A DNA stretch of 63,917 nucleotides from a virus. Taxonomy: Duplodnaviria > Caudoviricetes. The translations under genes were made by a program, and so were the position numbers. The DNA lies in the IMG/VR virus record IMGVR_UViG_3300022929_002740, positions 1 to 63,917 of that record, one strand, 5' to 3'. This document shows positions 18,407-27,519 of this stretch, in pieces. The notes beneath the pieces were generated by a model. The model was not told the origin of the DNA. It made no database searches and worked only from the letters and a program-made list of their open reading frames with translations. How positions within the stretch are numbered: position 1 is the first letter of the stretch; each line of letters opens with the position of its first letter.

Positions 18407-19099
18407 CTAAATATACCTCTTTTTTAAGATTTCCCAAGTTTGTTGATATCCTCGGTCAATTTGATAAAAATGTGTACTGGCTTGTGCCGCACTATAATCA
18501 TTACCGCCTGGGTAACAATTGTCTCCAAAGAAGATTGTTCTTGTGTCTGTATAGTGTTTTAGTACTTGACTTTTATCACAATCAATGGGGAAGATATCTA
18601 TACTGGTTTCTCCTGCTACTTGTGCTACAGCATCATCAAACATTTCATTGAACGCCAATGACACCAACTGTCTTCCGTGATGGTGTTGTTCCCATTCAGC
18701 ATATCTAGCACGTTGATCCCAGTCTGCATTTCTTCCTACAATACTAAAGTTTGCAGTACCAGTTCTTTGTTCAATATGGTTACCAGTTTTCTCTGGATAA
18801 TCTATACTGTCTACTTGTTGTTGTAAAAAGTCATATTGTTGTTGAGTGAGTGTCCATGGATTTTTATGGTGTTCTCGATCTCCGATAAACACATGATTGC
18901 CGCTACAATGATATACCCTTTCAAATGCATTAGTGAGCTTTAAACCAATCTGTTCTACAGTTTTTGGTCTGTCACTGCCTGTTACAATTACACATTGATG
19001 ATTGTTTACAAACTCCAGCATCACTTGTTCAAACTTAGGATCTATTTGTTTTCTTGGATCAGTTAATGTACCGTCTACATCAAAAAGGAACTTCGTCAT
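18407..19099 (-). CDS. HAD-IIB phosphomannomutase-like enzyme
   Basis: FDVDGTLT, VTGSD, IEQRTG..NFSIVGRN, SIDIFP and FFGD...GGNDY match the eukaryotic-type PMM signature. Confidence 0.85.
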   Translation of the reverse strand: MTKFLFDVDGTLTDPRKQIDPKFEQVMLEFVNNHQCVIVTGSDRPKTVEQIGLKLTNAFERVYHCSGNHVFIGDREHHKNPWTLTQQQYDFLQQQVDSIDYPEKTGNHIEQRTGTANFSIVGRNADWDQRARYAEWEQHHHGRQLVSLAFNEMFDDAVAQVAGETSIDIFPIDCDKSQVLKHYTDTRTIFFGDNCYPGGNDYSAAQASTHFYQIDRGYQQTWEILKKRYI

Positions 19100-19388
19100 C
19101 GTTTTCTAACTCTTTCATTTGTTCAGGATACCATTTGTAAAGCATGTCTATTGGCATAGTGTATTTGAGTGATTTTACATTGATATACTTGAAAGATTTG
19201 TTGTAGTTACTGTTTAATGTAATAGTAGTAGTGCTATCATATGTTCCTTGATAGGTATCATCTGTGCTTATCAAAGGTGCAGTAACAAGCCAATCTTCAA
19301 AATCGTCATCGCCTTTGTCAGCTTTGTTGTTGAAACTGTTTATGTTGATATCGGTTATATTGTAATCATATTCGTCTTTAGGATTCAT
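19080..19388 (-). CDS. Hypothetical protein
   Basis: ORF overlaps both neighbours; ATG 19388; acidic DDEVPF C-terminus. Confidence 0.6.
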   Translation of the reverse strand: MNPKDEYDYNITDININSFNNKADKGDDDFEDWLVTAPLISTDDTYQGTYDSTTTITLNSNYNKSFKYINVKSLKYTMPIDMLYKWYPEQMKELENDDEVPF

Positions 19389-19551
19389 TTTGCTTTCCAA
19401 ATAGTTTATAGAATACGTCTATAGGTAATATCTTTTTTGTTAGTAGTTCTTGCGGGTGTATTACTTTTTCTCTGATGTTAGAACCAAAGTCTCTTCGATA
19501 TACTGTTTTGCCTCCGTCTGGGCTTTCAAATATCTTAGGATTACTCGGCAT
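19378..19551 (-). CDS. Small hypothetical protein (57 aa)
   Basis: Below the ORF-track cutoff. MPSNPKIFESPDGGKTVYRRDFGS...; fills the gap after gp46 exactly. Confidence 0.7.
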   Translation of the reverse strand: MPSNPKIFESPDGGKTVYRRDFGSNIREKVIHPQELLTKKILPIDVFYKLFGKQNES

Positions 19552-21310
19552 CTACAAACTCTGTATCTGTGCTAAACGTAGTAAAGCCACCTTCTTTGAT
19601 AACTTGTAGTATTGTGTTTACACGACCTACTAGTTCATCTCTGTGTGAGATTAGGAAGATATTTTTGTTGCGTTCACGTTCAATCTTTTTGAGAACACTT
19701 AGTGCAGCATCTACACCATTTGTATCCATGCCACTGTCAATGAGTTCGTCAATAGCAAGGAAGTTTATGGGTGTGTTCATACTTTCAAACACATCTCTAA
19801 ACGCCCAACTAAGGCCAAGTATAAGTCTGTTACGTTCGCCTCTGCTCAAGTTATCAAAGTCTAGTTCTCTGCCTAGCTCTGTGATTTCAACTGTAAGATC
19901 AGGTTGGAACTGCACCTCATGCGGTAATCCTAGTTTAGTCAAGTAGTAAGCAAGCCTGCTGTTTAGATACTGTAAGTTTTGTTCAATAATACGTTTGCGA
20001 ATAAAACTATCTTTGTTTGTTAACAGTTTGTACAAGAAATCCTGATGATCTTTCATTACTGTTAGATCATTCATATTATCCCAATCAACTTCTTGTAGTC
20101 CAGTTTCTTTTAGTGTATCAACTTGTTCTTGATACATGTCAGTTTCGTTGGCAATACGTTTTGCTTCTGTTTTTAGATTATTAACAGTGTTTTGATGCTC
20201 TAGTGCTTCTTGTAGTGTGTTATAGTGTGTAACTGGAATTTGTCCAAGTTCTCCTAGTTGTACTAGTGCATCCTCGTATTCTACTTTGAGATTTGTATCA
20301 TCGTCAATATGCTGTTGAGATTCTTTTACTGCTTCTTGTTTTGTCGCAAGAATCTCTTCGTGCTGTGCATCGTGGATACTTTGCCCGCATGCATAACATT
20401 GATGTTGTTCGGTTGCTAACAGATCTTTTTGTGCTTTTTCTAAACGCTTTTGTTCTCTAGTAATACTGTTTACTAGCTTTGTAATTTCTGCTTCTAATGT
20501 GTTTACTTGTGTTTTCTTGTCGAGGTAATCATTTAGTAGCGCATGATTGTTAAGCTCTGTTTGTATGTCTATCTTTTCGAGTGTGTTGACTTGCTGTTGG
20601 ATACTTTCGACATCAGACGTTTGTTTATCTCGCCATATTTTTTGCCGTCGTTCCAGATCACCAATACTTTTTTCAATTCTGGCATTTGCTTCTTCAACTG
20701 CGTTAATTCGATATTCTTCTTGCTTGATTGCATCTTTGGTCAGCCTTTGCTGTTCTTTTAGTGCCTCTGCTTTTTCACTAAGCATTGTTATGCCCAGTAA
20801 TTGCTCGATGATCGCTCTTTGATCATTTGCCCTCATACTGAGGAAAGGCTCTGTGTATGTGTTAAGTGCAACAATGTGCTTGAACATGTCATGACTCATA
20901 CCAAACAGTTTTTCTATTTGTGCTTGAGTTTGACGATTCTCACCTTGTGCTTCGTCTTCGTCAACGTTCTGTTCGTTGACATAGTATTTAAGCACATTGG
21001 GCTTACGACCTCTTTCAATGCGATATTTTGTGCCTTCTACTTCAAAATCCAGTGTAACCAGCATGCTTTTGCTGTTTGTTTTGTTTACAAGGTTATCCTT
21101 GCGTATGTTAGTGAGTGCGTTTCCATATATAGCATAACTCAGTGCATTGATGATAGTGGTTTTGCCTGTACCATTACGACTACCATCTCCACCAAGGTCT
21201 AGGTTATTGCCCAACACCAGTGTTAGACCGTTGTCAGTAAAACGCACAGACTGCGTTACATTACCAACACTCATAAAATTCTTTACGGTAATATTGTTAA
21301 GTGTAATCAT
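19541..21310 (-). CDS. gp46: Recombination nuclease ATPase subunit (gp46/Rad50/SbcC-like)
   Basis: Walker A NGTGKTT, CYAC zinc hook, LSRGE signature, IDE...D Walker B/D-loop, ISH switch. Confidence 0.95.
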   Translation of the reverse strand: MITLNNITVKNFMSVGNVTQSVRFTDNGLTLVLGNNLDLGGDGSRNGTGKTTIINALSYAIYGNALTNIRKDNLVNKTNSKSMLVTLDFEVEGTKYRIERGRKPNVLKYYVNEQNVDEDEAQGENRQTQAQIEKLFGMSHDMFKHIVALNTYTEPFLSMRANDQRAIIEQLLGITMLSEKAEALKEQQRLTKDAIKQEEYRINAVEEANARIEKSIGDLERRQKIWRDKQTSDVESIQQQVNTLEKIDIQTELNNHALLNDYLDKKTQVNTLEAEITKLVNSITREQKRLEKAQKDLLATEQHQCYACGQSIHDAQHEEILATKQEAVKESQQHIDDDTNLKVEYEDALVQLGELGQIPVTHYNTLQEALEHQNTVNNLKTEAKRIANETDMYQEQVDTLKETGLQEVDWDNMNDLTVMKDHQDFLYKLLTNKDSFIRKRIIEQNLQYLNSRLAYYLTKLGLPHEVQFQPDLTVEITELGRELDFDNLSRGERNRLILGLSWAFRDVFESMNTPINFLAIDELIDSGMDTNGVDAALSVLKKIERERNKNIFLISHRDELVGRVNTILQVIKEGGFTTFSTDTEFVDAE

Positions 21311-22314
21311 AGGGAATTATAAATGTCTACTAGGATCTTTTTGTTTATCATTTCGCTGTCTACAGCGTTTAAACTATTGTACACTATCTGGTCTACATTC
21401 TCAACCTCGATATCGTCTACAACTTTCCAATCCTGTGCATGCTCTTCCTTTTTGCTGGGGATCAACGCTATCTCTCTAACGTTGTACTGTTGGCTGAAAG
21501 TTTCTTTAATAAAACTTGCTTCTTCGTAACTGATATTGATATCCAATGTAGCACGACAATATGTGTGTTCATTTAGAATCTTTTCAGGTTCATCTATTAG
21601 TCTACTCAGAGGCACAGTTCTATAGCGTGGTCCAGGGTAATCAATATACTCTGGAACGCCATTCCATTCTAACTTCATCATGCCTCTATCGTCGTCCCAT
21701 GTGTCTGCATAGTTGTGACCAAACGGACTACCTAAGTAATGTACATTGCCCTTGGCTTGACGTTTGTGAAAGTGTCCACTAAACACATACTCTGGACCTT
21801 GTAGATGTTCTGCATTTAGACTACCGTGATCTGGCATTTCTACCATAGCATTCATTTTAAAGAACGGAAGTTCGAAATGACCAAACATATATCTACACTT
21901 GGTCTTTTGTAAATTTTTCCATTCATCTCCTACTAACCAAGGCACAAGTGCAACGTCATCTTGCACTAACATATCTTCAACTAGTGTAACATTATCAAAC
22001 AATCCTGCATATGGTAAACTGTTTAAGTCACGTTTCTCACGATAGTATAGATCATGATTACCCATGATCATATACACATGTTTGAATGCACGACTGAGTT
22101 TGCCTACATTTTCTACACTGTGATTGAGTGTACTAACGTTTACACTTGATCTGTGATGATGCCAATCTCCAAGAAAGATGCAAGTTTCGCAATCTTCGCT
22201 TTGTTCAATGAACCAATCTACAAAGTCAGCACAATCTCGATTGTGTTGTTTGCTGTTGTTTTTGTTGCCAAAATGTATGTCTGTAAAACATGCGGCTCTA
22301 TTAAAGAATGTCAT
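21307..22314 (-). CDS. gp47: Recombination nuclease subunit (gp47/Mre11/SbcD-like)
   Basis: DIHFG, LGD, GNHD, GHFE and SGHFH metallophosphoesterase motifs; adjacent to gp46. Confidence 0.95.
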   Translation of the reverse strand: MTFFNRAACFTDIHFGNKNNSKQHNRDCADFVDWFIEQSEDCETCIFLGDWHHHRSSVNVSTLNHSVENVGKLSRAFKHVYMIMGNHDLYYREKRDLNSLPYAGLFDNVTLVEDMLVQDDVALVPWLVGDEWKNLQKTKCRYMFGHFELPFFKMNAMVEMPDHGSLNAEHLQGPEYVFSGHFHKRQAKGNVHYLGSPFGHNYADTWDDDRGMMKLEWNGVPEYIDYPGPRYRTVPLSRLIDEPEKILNEHTYCRATLDINISYEEASFIKETFSQQYNVREIALIPSKKEEHAQDWKVVDDIEVENVDQIVYNSLNAVDSEMINKKILVDIYNSL

Positions 22315-22347
22315 GGGTCTCCGTTCAAAGAAGTTATAACTTCTCTT

Positions 22348-22376
22348 ATACTACTGTCGATAATTGAGGATGTCAA
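22348..22376 (-). promoter_or_regulatory. Sigma70-like promoter of gp47/gp46
   Basis: TTGACA (22371-22376), 17 nt, TAGTAT (22348-22353). Confidence 0.6.
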
Positions 22377-22377
22377 C

Positions 22378-23253
22378 CTATATGTTGAAGCCGTGTTCTT
22401 TGCGTTCTTTGTCGGCTTGTTCGTCCCATTTAGCACGTTCTGCCATTTCGTGTTCGATTTGGCGTGTCCAACTGGGCATTTGTCCATTTTGTTGTAGTAG
22501 GTCATCTCTAATGTTTTGATTACGCTTTTCCAAGTTCAACACTCTTGTAAAACTGTTGGTAACTGCGGCTGTGTAGTAAGCAAATGGGTTTTGACTTTTA
22601 AGTTCATTGAACTGTAGTCCAATTTGACTTAGTTGTAGCAGTGCATGACTGCGCATTTCGTCTACATATGTATAGCCACGCCAGTTACTGCGCATACTGT
22701 AACGTTCACACAGTTTGATATACATCTTTGCTAGATTGTTTGTGATCTTGCCATGCTGTGTATTAAACTTTCCGTTATCAAATCCACCTTCCCAGTGACT
22801 TCTAACACATTCTCTGAGTTCACCATTTACATATGCATAGTGTTTGAATGGAGGGAAGTTACATTTGCTGTGATGATCTGCCACAGTTTTAGGCTTGCTT
22901 TTTCTGCCAGGCTCTAGTGGTACATGATCAAATGTCATTAATCTAAACACAAGACTTTTTTCGTCAATTGTGTCTGGGTCTACTTTGTAACTGATTTGTT
23001 TGGGTTTTTGACTAGCTTTACGAGCACCATCATACCATTCATGGAATGCAGCTTCGTATGCTTGCACACTCAATTGATGTGCTCTATTTTCTTTAGCTAA
23101 CTGTATAAATTCTGGATTATTAATATCTTCAATGTTTTCTACTATTACATCAAATCTTGCATACTCGTCGTCTATAACACTACAAAAGGTAAGTTTACTT
23201 TTGTGTATCTCTTTGAGCATGTCTTTGTTGTTTAAATAATTTTGTTTCCTCAT
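22378..23253 (-). CDS. gp55: Late transcription sigma factor (gp55-like)
   Basis: NYLNNKD, NWRGYTYVDEM and NPFAYYT motifs; T4 synteny 55-47-46. Confidence 0.85.
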   Translation of the reverse strand: MRKQNYLNNKDMLKEIHKSKLTFCSVIDDEYARFDVIVENIEDINNPEFIQLAKENRAHQLSVQAYEAAFHEWYDGARKASQKPKQISYKVDPDTIDEKSLVFRLMTFDHVPLEPGRKSKPKTVADHHSKCNFPPFKHYAYVNGELRECVRSHWEGGFDNGKFNTQHGKITNNLAKMYIKLCERYSMRSNWRGYTYVDEMRSHALLQLSQIGLQFNELKSQNPFAYYTAAVTNSFTRVLNLEKRNQNIRDDLLQQNGQMPSWTRQIEHEMAERAKWDEQADKERKEHGFNI

Positions 23254-23273
23254 TGTAGTTCCTTATTTTCTAT

Positions 23274-23302
23274 AGTATAATGTCAATAAACTAAGATGTC
23301 AA
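23274..23302 (-). promoter_or_regulatory. Sigma70-like promoter of gp55
   Basis: TTGACA (23297-23302), 17 nt, TATACT (23274-23279). Confidence 0.75.
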
Positions 23303-23323
23303 TCAGTACGCATTTAATTCAGC

Positions 23324-23331
23324 TATAAATA
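23324..23331 (+). promoter_or_regulatory. Late promoter TATAAATA
   Basis: Exact consensus upstream of the AGGAG RBS and ATG 23350; heads the baseplate operon. Confidence 0.75.
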
Positions 23332-23349
23332 CATATATAGGAGAATCCA

Positions 23350-23943
23350 ATGAGATATGTACAACTGACAGAAGATGTGGCTACGGATATTGCTGTTTTT
23401 TATGGCGGTAGATTTCAGCCTATGCACAAAGGTCATCATAAAGTTTATATGGATCTAGTGGAACAGTTTGGTTCCTCTAACGTATTTATCGCTACTACAA
23501 TAGCCAAGAATGCAACACCTGAAAAGGATCCATTTAGTTATGAAGAGAAAACTGGCATTATGCAAAACATGTTTGGTATACCTGCTAAACAAATTGTACA
23601 AACTAGTCCATACAGACCTGATGTTAGTTTAACAGGCAAAGACCCTGCAAACACCGCAATTGTATTAGTGTTCAGTGCCAAAGATGCAGGAAGACTAAAA
23701 GGCGGAAACTATCTTAGAGATTATGAACCAGGAGCAGAAATGGTTCCAGGTGACCAAGCAGGATATATACTAGAAGTACCAATACAAGAAGGTGGCATGA
23801 GTGCTACTGATTTTAGAAACGCAATGAAAAATGATAGTCTAAACGATAATCAAAAGATGATGAAGTTTAGAGAATTTTTTGGAAGTATTAATCAACAAGT
23901 GTACGAATTTATTAAAGGAAAACTAAATGGCAGTGCTAGCTGA
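23350..23943 (+). CDS. HxGH nucleotidyltransferase (cytidylyltransferase/NMNAT-like)
   Basis: GGRFQPMHKGH, DPFSYEEK and SATDFR motifs. Confidence 0.8.
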   Translation: MRYVQLTEDVATDIAVFYGGRFQPMHKGHHKVYMDLVEQFGSSNVFIATTIAKNATPEKDPFSYEEKTGIMQNMFGIPAKQIVQTSPYRPDVSLTGKDPANTAIVLVFSAKDAGRLKGGNYLRDYEPGAEMVPGDQAGYILEVPIQEGGMSATDFRNAMKNDSLNDNQKMMKFREFFGSINQQVYEFIKGKLNGSAS

Positions 23944-24553
23944 AAATAGAGCGAGACTTACACTTGCACCTGGCGGCGCTTCTCAGAGAAGTTCTCGCAA
24001 TCAGTTTTACTTTAATGGACCGGCGAGTCCACTGAGGCAACACAATGGTATACTGTTTCCTTATCAGCCTGATATAACTTACAGTCAAAGTGTAAACTAT
24101 AGTCCTTATGATATGACACACACCAACTATACATTTAATGCTTATAGAAATACACCTAGTCCTACTATACAAATGACAGTACAATTTGCAAGTATTACAC
24201 AAGAAGAAGGCGAGTACACACTTGGTGCGCTACATTTTTTGCGTAGTGTTAGCAAGATGTTTTTTGGCTTAAATGATCTAGGAGGAAATCCTAGTTCAGG
24301 TACTCCTCCTCCCGTACTGCGTTTTAGTGCATTTGGAGAACAACAATTTAACAACATACCTGTTGTATTAGAAAGTTTTAGTACAACATATGATAGTGGT
24401 GTAGATCTCAAAGATATTAACGGAACACAAGTTCCTACATTAATGAACTTCTTTATTGGTATGAGCATACAAATTAATCCTGACAGACAAAAGAATGTGT
24501 ATAGTACACACAATTTTATCAACGGGTCCGGATATAAACAAGGATTCATTTAA
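23927..24553 (+). CDS. Baseplate/tail-tube initiator-like protein
   Basis: FPYQPDI and GTPPPVLRFSAFG...VV..FS, as in contractile-system tube/cap (gp48/gp54-like) proteins; located before the gp53-like gene. Confidence 0.6.
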   Translation: MAVLAENRARLTLAPGGASQRSSRNQFYFNGPASPLRQHNGILFPYQPDITYSQSVNYSPYDMTHTNYTFNAYRNTPSPTIQMTVQFASITQEEGEYTLGALHFLRSVSKMFFGLNDLGGNPSSGTPPPVLRFSAFGEQQFNNIPVVLESFSTTYDSGVDLKDINGTQVPTLMNFFIGMSIQINPDRQKNVYSTHNFINGSGYKQGFI

Positions 24554-24855
24554 TGGCAGTTGAATACAAAGCATCAAGCAGTTATAGTAATACAAGTGTT
24601 AACAGAAAATACTTGGATCTTTTTCAACCTGTAATTGTACAAGACGAACTTGATCAGGATCAGACAACAATGGTTATTCAACCCAAGCATCATAAGAGAC
24701 CTGATTTATTAGCATACGATTTGTATGGTAGTAGTAGACTATGGTGGATATTTGTACACTATAATAGAGATACTATCAAAGATCCGATTATGGACTTTAA
24801 AAGTGGAACAAAGATTCAAGTACCGAGAACATATAAATCATCAGGAAACAACTGA
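24553..24855 (+). CDS. gp53: Baseplate wedge protein (gp53/LysM-like)
   Basis: RPDLLAYDLYGSSRLWWIF..N motif. Confidence 0.85.
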   Translation: MAVEYKASSSYSNTSVNRKYLDLFQPVIVQDELDQDQTTMVIQPKHHKRPDLLAYDLYGSSRLWWIFVHYNRDTIKDPIMDFKSGTKIQVPRTYKSSGNN

Positions 24856-27515
24856 TGCAATCAATATACCAAGATAATGTCCTTAACACATACGACAGCT
24901 ACACATACAAATGGACCATGTATATGGTACATCCTGTTAACGCACATAAATTCGAAGCTAACATTGCACAAAACAATGTTGTGGTGATTGCTGAAAGTGG
25001 TGTTGAAAGTGAAATAAACATACAAAGTGTAGAACAGAATCTTGTGCTTGCTTTTAAAAAAGCCAAAGATCGTAATGGATTAGCAAACATGTTTGTGTTT
25101 AATCTAGTAGAACCAGGCGGAGCTACACTTTTCAACAGAATATTAGAAGGTGCAAGACGACTTAGAATAGAAAATCACTTGCATGCATGTTTCCTATTAG
25201 AACTTCGATTCGTTGGCTATGATCAAAATGGTAATGCTACTAATAATATTGCAGGTCCTTTTTACTACATGACCACTATGACCGGTCTCACATTTGATTA
25301 CAGAGAAGGCGCGACACAGTATACAGCTAATCTAGTAGAAACACATCAAGATGCTTATAAAACACTTAACTTATACACCAAGCAACAACTCACAGTGAAT
25401 AGTGTAAACACATTTGGTGAATTTTTACAGCAACTACAAGAAAAAGTAAATGAACAAGAAAGAGAAAGTACTGCACTTAGTCCAAGTAAACTTTTTAGTA
25501 CGTTATATAACTTTGGTGCAGTAGACGATACAGCAGAATGGCTCAACTGGAAATTCGGAGCCTCTGCCGCCAGTGGGGACACCAGTCTAAAAAGCACCAG
25601 TGTCACAGGTGACGGCACACTTACATTTACTTTTAAACAAGGCACAGGTATAAACACAGCAATTGTAGTAGCTCTGATGCAAACAGATAATTTTAGAAAA
25701 ATGCCTACATTCGAAGGAGGCTTCCACAAAGATAATGCAGATGATGGAGAAGCAAAAGCACCAACTTTTGCAGAACTTAGCAGTTGGTTTATTTTTGATA
25801 ACGATACAGAATTTCTAAGATATGATCCAGTAGCTCGTTCTTATCAAAAACGCATCACATTTAATCTCAAAAAGTTTGCAACACAAGAATTAGTACATGA
25901 TGCAATCAGTTATGAAAATTTAATATTCAACAAAAATATTCAAGAAGACAGACTTAAAAAAATCATCAGAGAAGGACTATTACGCAAACGGTTTGACTAC
26001 ACTCACACAGGATTAAACACAGAAGTCTTAAATTTAGATGTTAGTTTACACAACACTTATTTCCAACTTCAAGCTATTAATCATGGTAAAACAGAAAACA
26101 GAGCACAAGGATTTGCTGGTATGAGCGAAGATCAGCAACAGTTGTCTATACTACAAACTGATGTGCAAGAAATAAAAGGTGATCTTAATGCACTGAATGC
26201 AAGAAAAAACATACTAACTAAAGAACTAGAAAATTTAGATGAATATCAACTTGCTAGTGATGTAGGCGGGCAACAACAAGAACTTGCAGAAATAGATCAG
26301 CAAATACAAAAGAAAGAAGAAGAATTAAGTTTAGCTTTGATAAGTGCAACTGAGTTGGAAAAAATACTTAATCAAGATATTAAAGGATCTAGATTACCGC
26401 CTGTTGCAAGAAGATACATAACACAAAGTGAAGTTAGAAAAAATAATAAAGCATTTGAGCAAAAAGGCGAAGACATGCCCACGGTGTTCGACACAGGCCC
26501 TGTCACAAGCAATGCTACTGTAGGACCTGATGATGGGGATACCGCAGGTGCTGCAATGTTGGGTGCAGTTGAACTAAATTTAAACAGTTTAAGTGACTTG
26601 GTTCAACAACAAATACAAGTTAGGGGAGATCCTTATTGGTTGGGCAGACCTAAGGGATCTGAATCGAGACTGGACGGAGCACAATATACCCGCGGCGGCT
26701 GTAACTATTTTTTAAATCTAAATTTTCCAACGTATCCTGATCACCAATCAGGATTAATGGATATCAGTGAACAAAACTTTGGAATAATTGGACTGTATCG
26801 TGTTACCAGAGTTGATGCTAGTTACAGTGATGGTCAATTTACAATGACACTGGATGCATTCAGAGATACAAACACTAATATTGGGCTAACATATGATATT
26901 CTTACTACAGGACTTATTGAAGAACAAGACACAAGAACACAAGCTGAGCGTTTTGCAGCCGAAGCGGATGCAGAAGAACCACCAGAAGCTGATTTTGGTG
27001 CAGGCGATGATACAACTGGAGATGAAACAGCTCCGCCAGCTAGTGCTGACGGCACAGGTGTAGTTACAGAAAGTCAATCAAGTGTAGCCGCAACAAGAAC
27101 ATTACCTATCGATCCTGAACTAAAATCTATACTAGCTAACGCCGGCGCTGCCGCTGGCGTAAATGTTGATGTTCGCAGTGGTGGACAAGATAGTAGCACA
27201 GGCTTTACAGGAAGTTCTAGACACAACAACGGAATGGCAGCAGATGTAGCACTCAGAGATAGCACAGGAAGAAGATTAAGTTTAGACAATCCAGCAGATG
27301 TTCCTATCATACAAAACTTTATAGCGCAAACCAAACGTTACGGTGCTACAGGTATAGGAGCAGGAAATGGCTACATGGGAGACAACACATTTCACATTGA
27401 TATAGCTGATAGTGTAGGACAAGGAGCTCCAGGATACTGGGGAGGACAACTAGACAATGGCACATATAGAGCAAGAAATGCACCGCCTTGGTTACGAGAT
27501 ATTTTTATAGGATAA
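24855..27515 (+). CDS. Baseplate hub-like protein with C-terminal peptidase M15-like domain
   Basis: gp27 position; VRGDPYWLG and GLYRVTRV...DGQFTMTL motifs; C-terminal SSRH..G.AAD...GIG...FHID. Confidence 0.65.
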   Translation: MQSIYQDNVLNTYDSYTYKWTMYMVHPVNAHKFEANIAQNNVVVIAESGVESEINIQSVEQNLVLAFKKAKDRNGLANMFVFNLVEPGGATLFNRILEGARRLRIENHLHACFLLELRFVGYDQNGNATNNIAGPFYYMTTMTGLTFDYREGATQYTANLVETHQDAYKTLNLYTKQQLTVNSVNTFGEFLQQLQEKVNEQERESTALSPSKLFSTLYNFGAVDDTAEWLNWKFGASAASGDTSLKSTSVTGDGTLTFTFKQGTGINTAIVVALMQTDNFRKMPTFEGGFHKDNADDGEAKAPTFAELSSWFIFDNDTEFLRYDPVARSYQKRITFNLKKFATQELVHDAISYENLIFNKNIQEDRLKKIIREGLLRKRFDYTHTGLNTEVLNLDVSLHNTYFQLQAINHGKTENRAQGFAGMSEDQQQLSILQTDVQEIKGDLNALNARKNILTKELENLDEYQLASDVGGQQQELAEIDQQIQKKEEELSLALISATELEKILNQDIKGSRLPPVARRYITQSEVRKNNKAFEQKGEDMPTVFDTGPVTSNATVGPDDGDTAGAAMLGAVELNLNSLSDLVQQQIQVRGDPYWLGRPKGSESRLDGAQYTRGGCNYFLNLNFPTYPDHQSGLMDISEQNFGIIGLYRVTRVDASYSDGQFTMTLDAFRDTNTNIGLTYDILTTGLIEEQDTRTQAERFAAEADAEEPPEADFGAGDDTTGDETAPPASADGTGVVTESQSSVAATRTLPIDPELKSILANAGAAAGVNVDVRSGGQDSSTGFTGSSRHNNGMAADVALRDSTGRRLSLDNPADVPIIQNFIAQTKRYGATGIGAGNGYMGDNTFHIDIADSVGQGAPGYWGGQLDNGTYRARNAPPWLRDIFIG

Positions 27516-27519
27516 AAAC

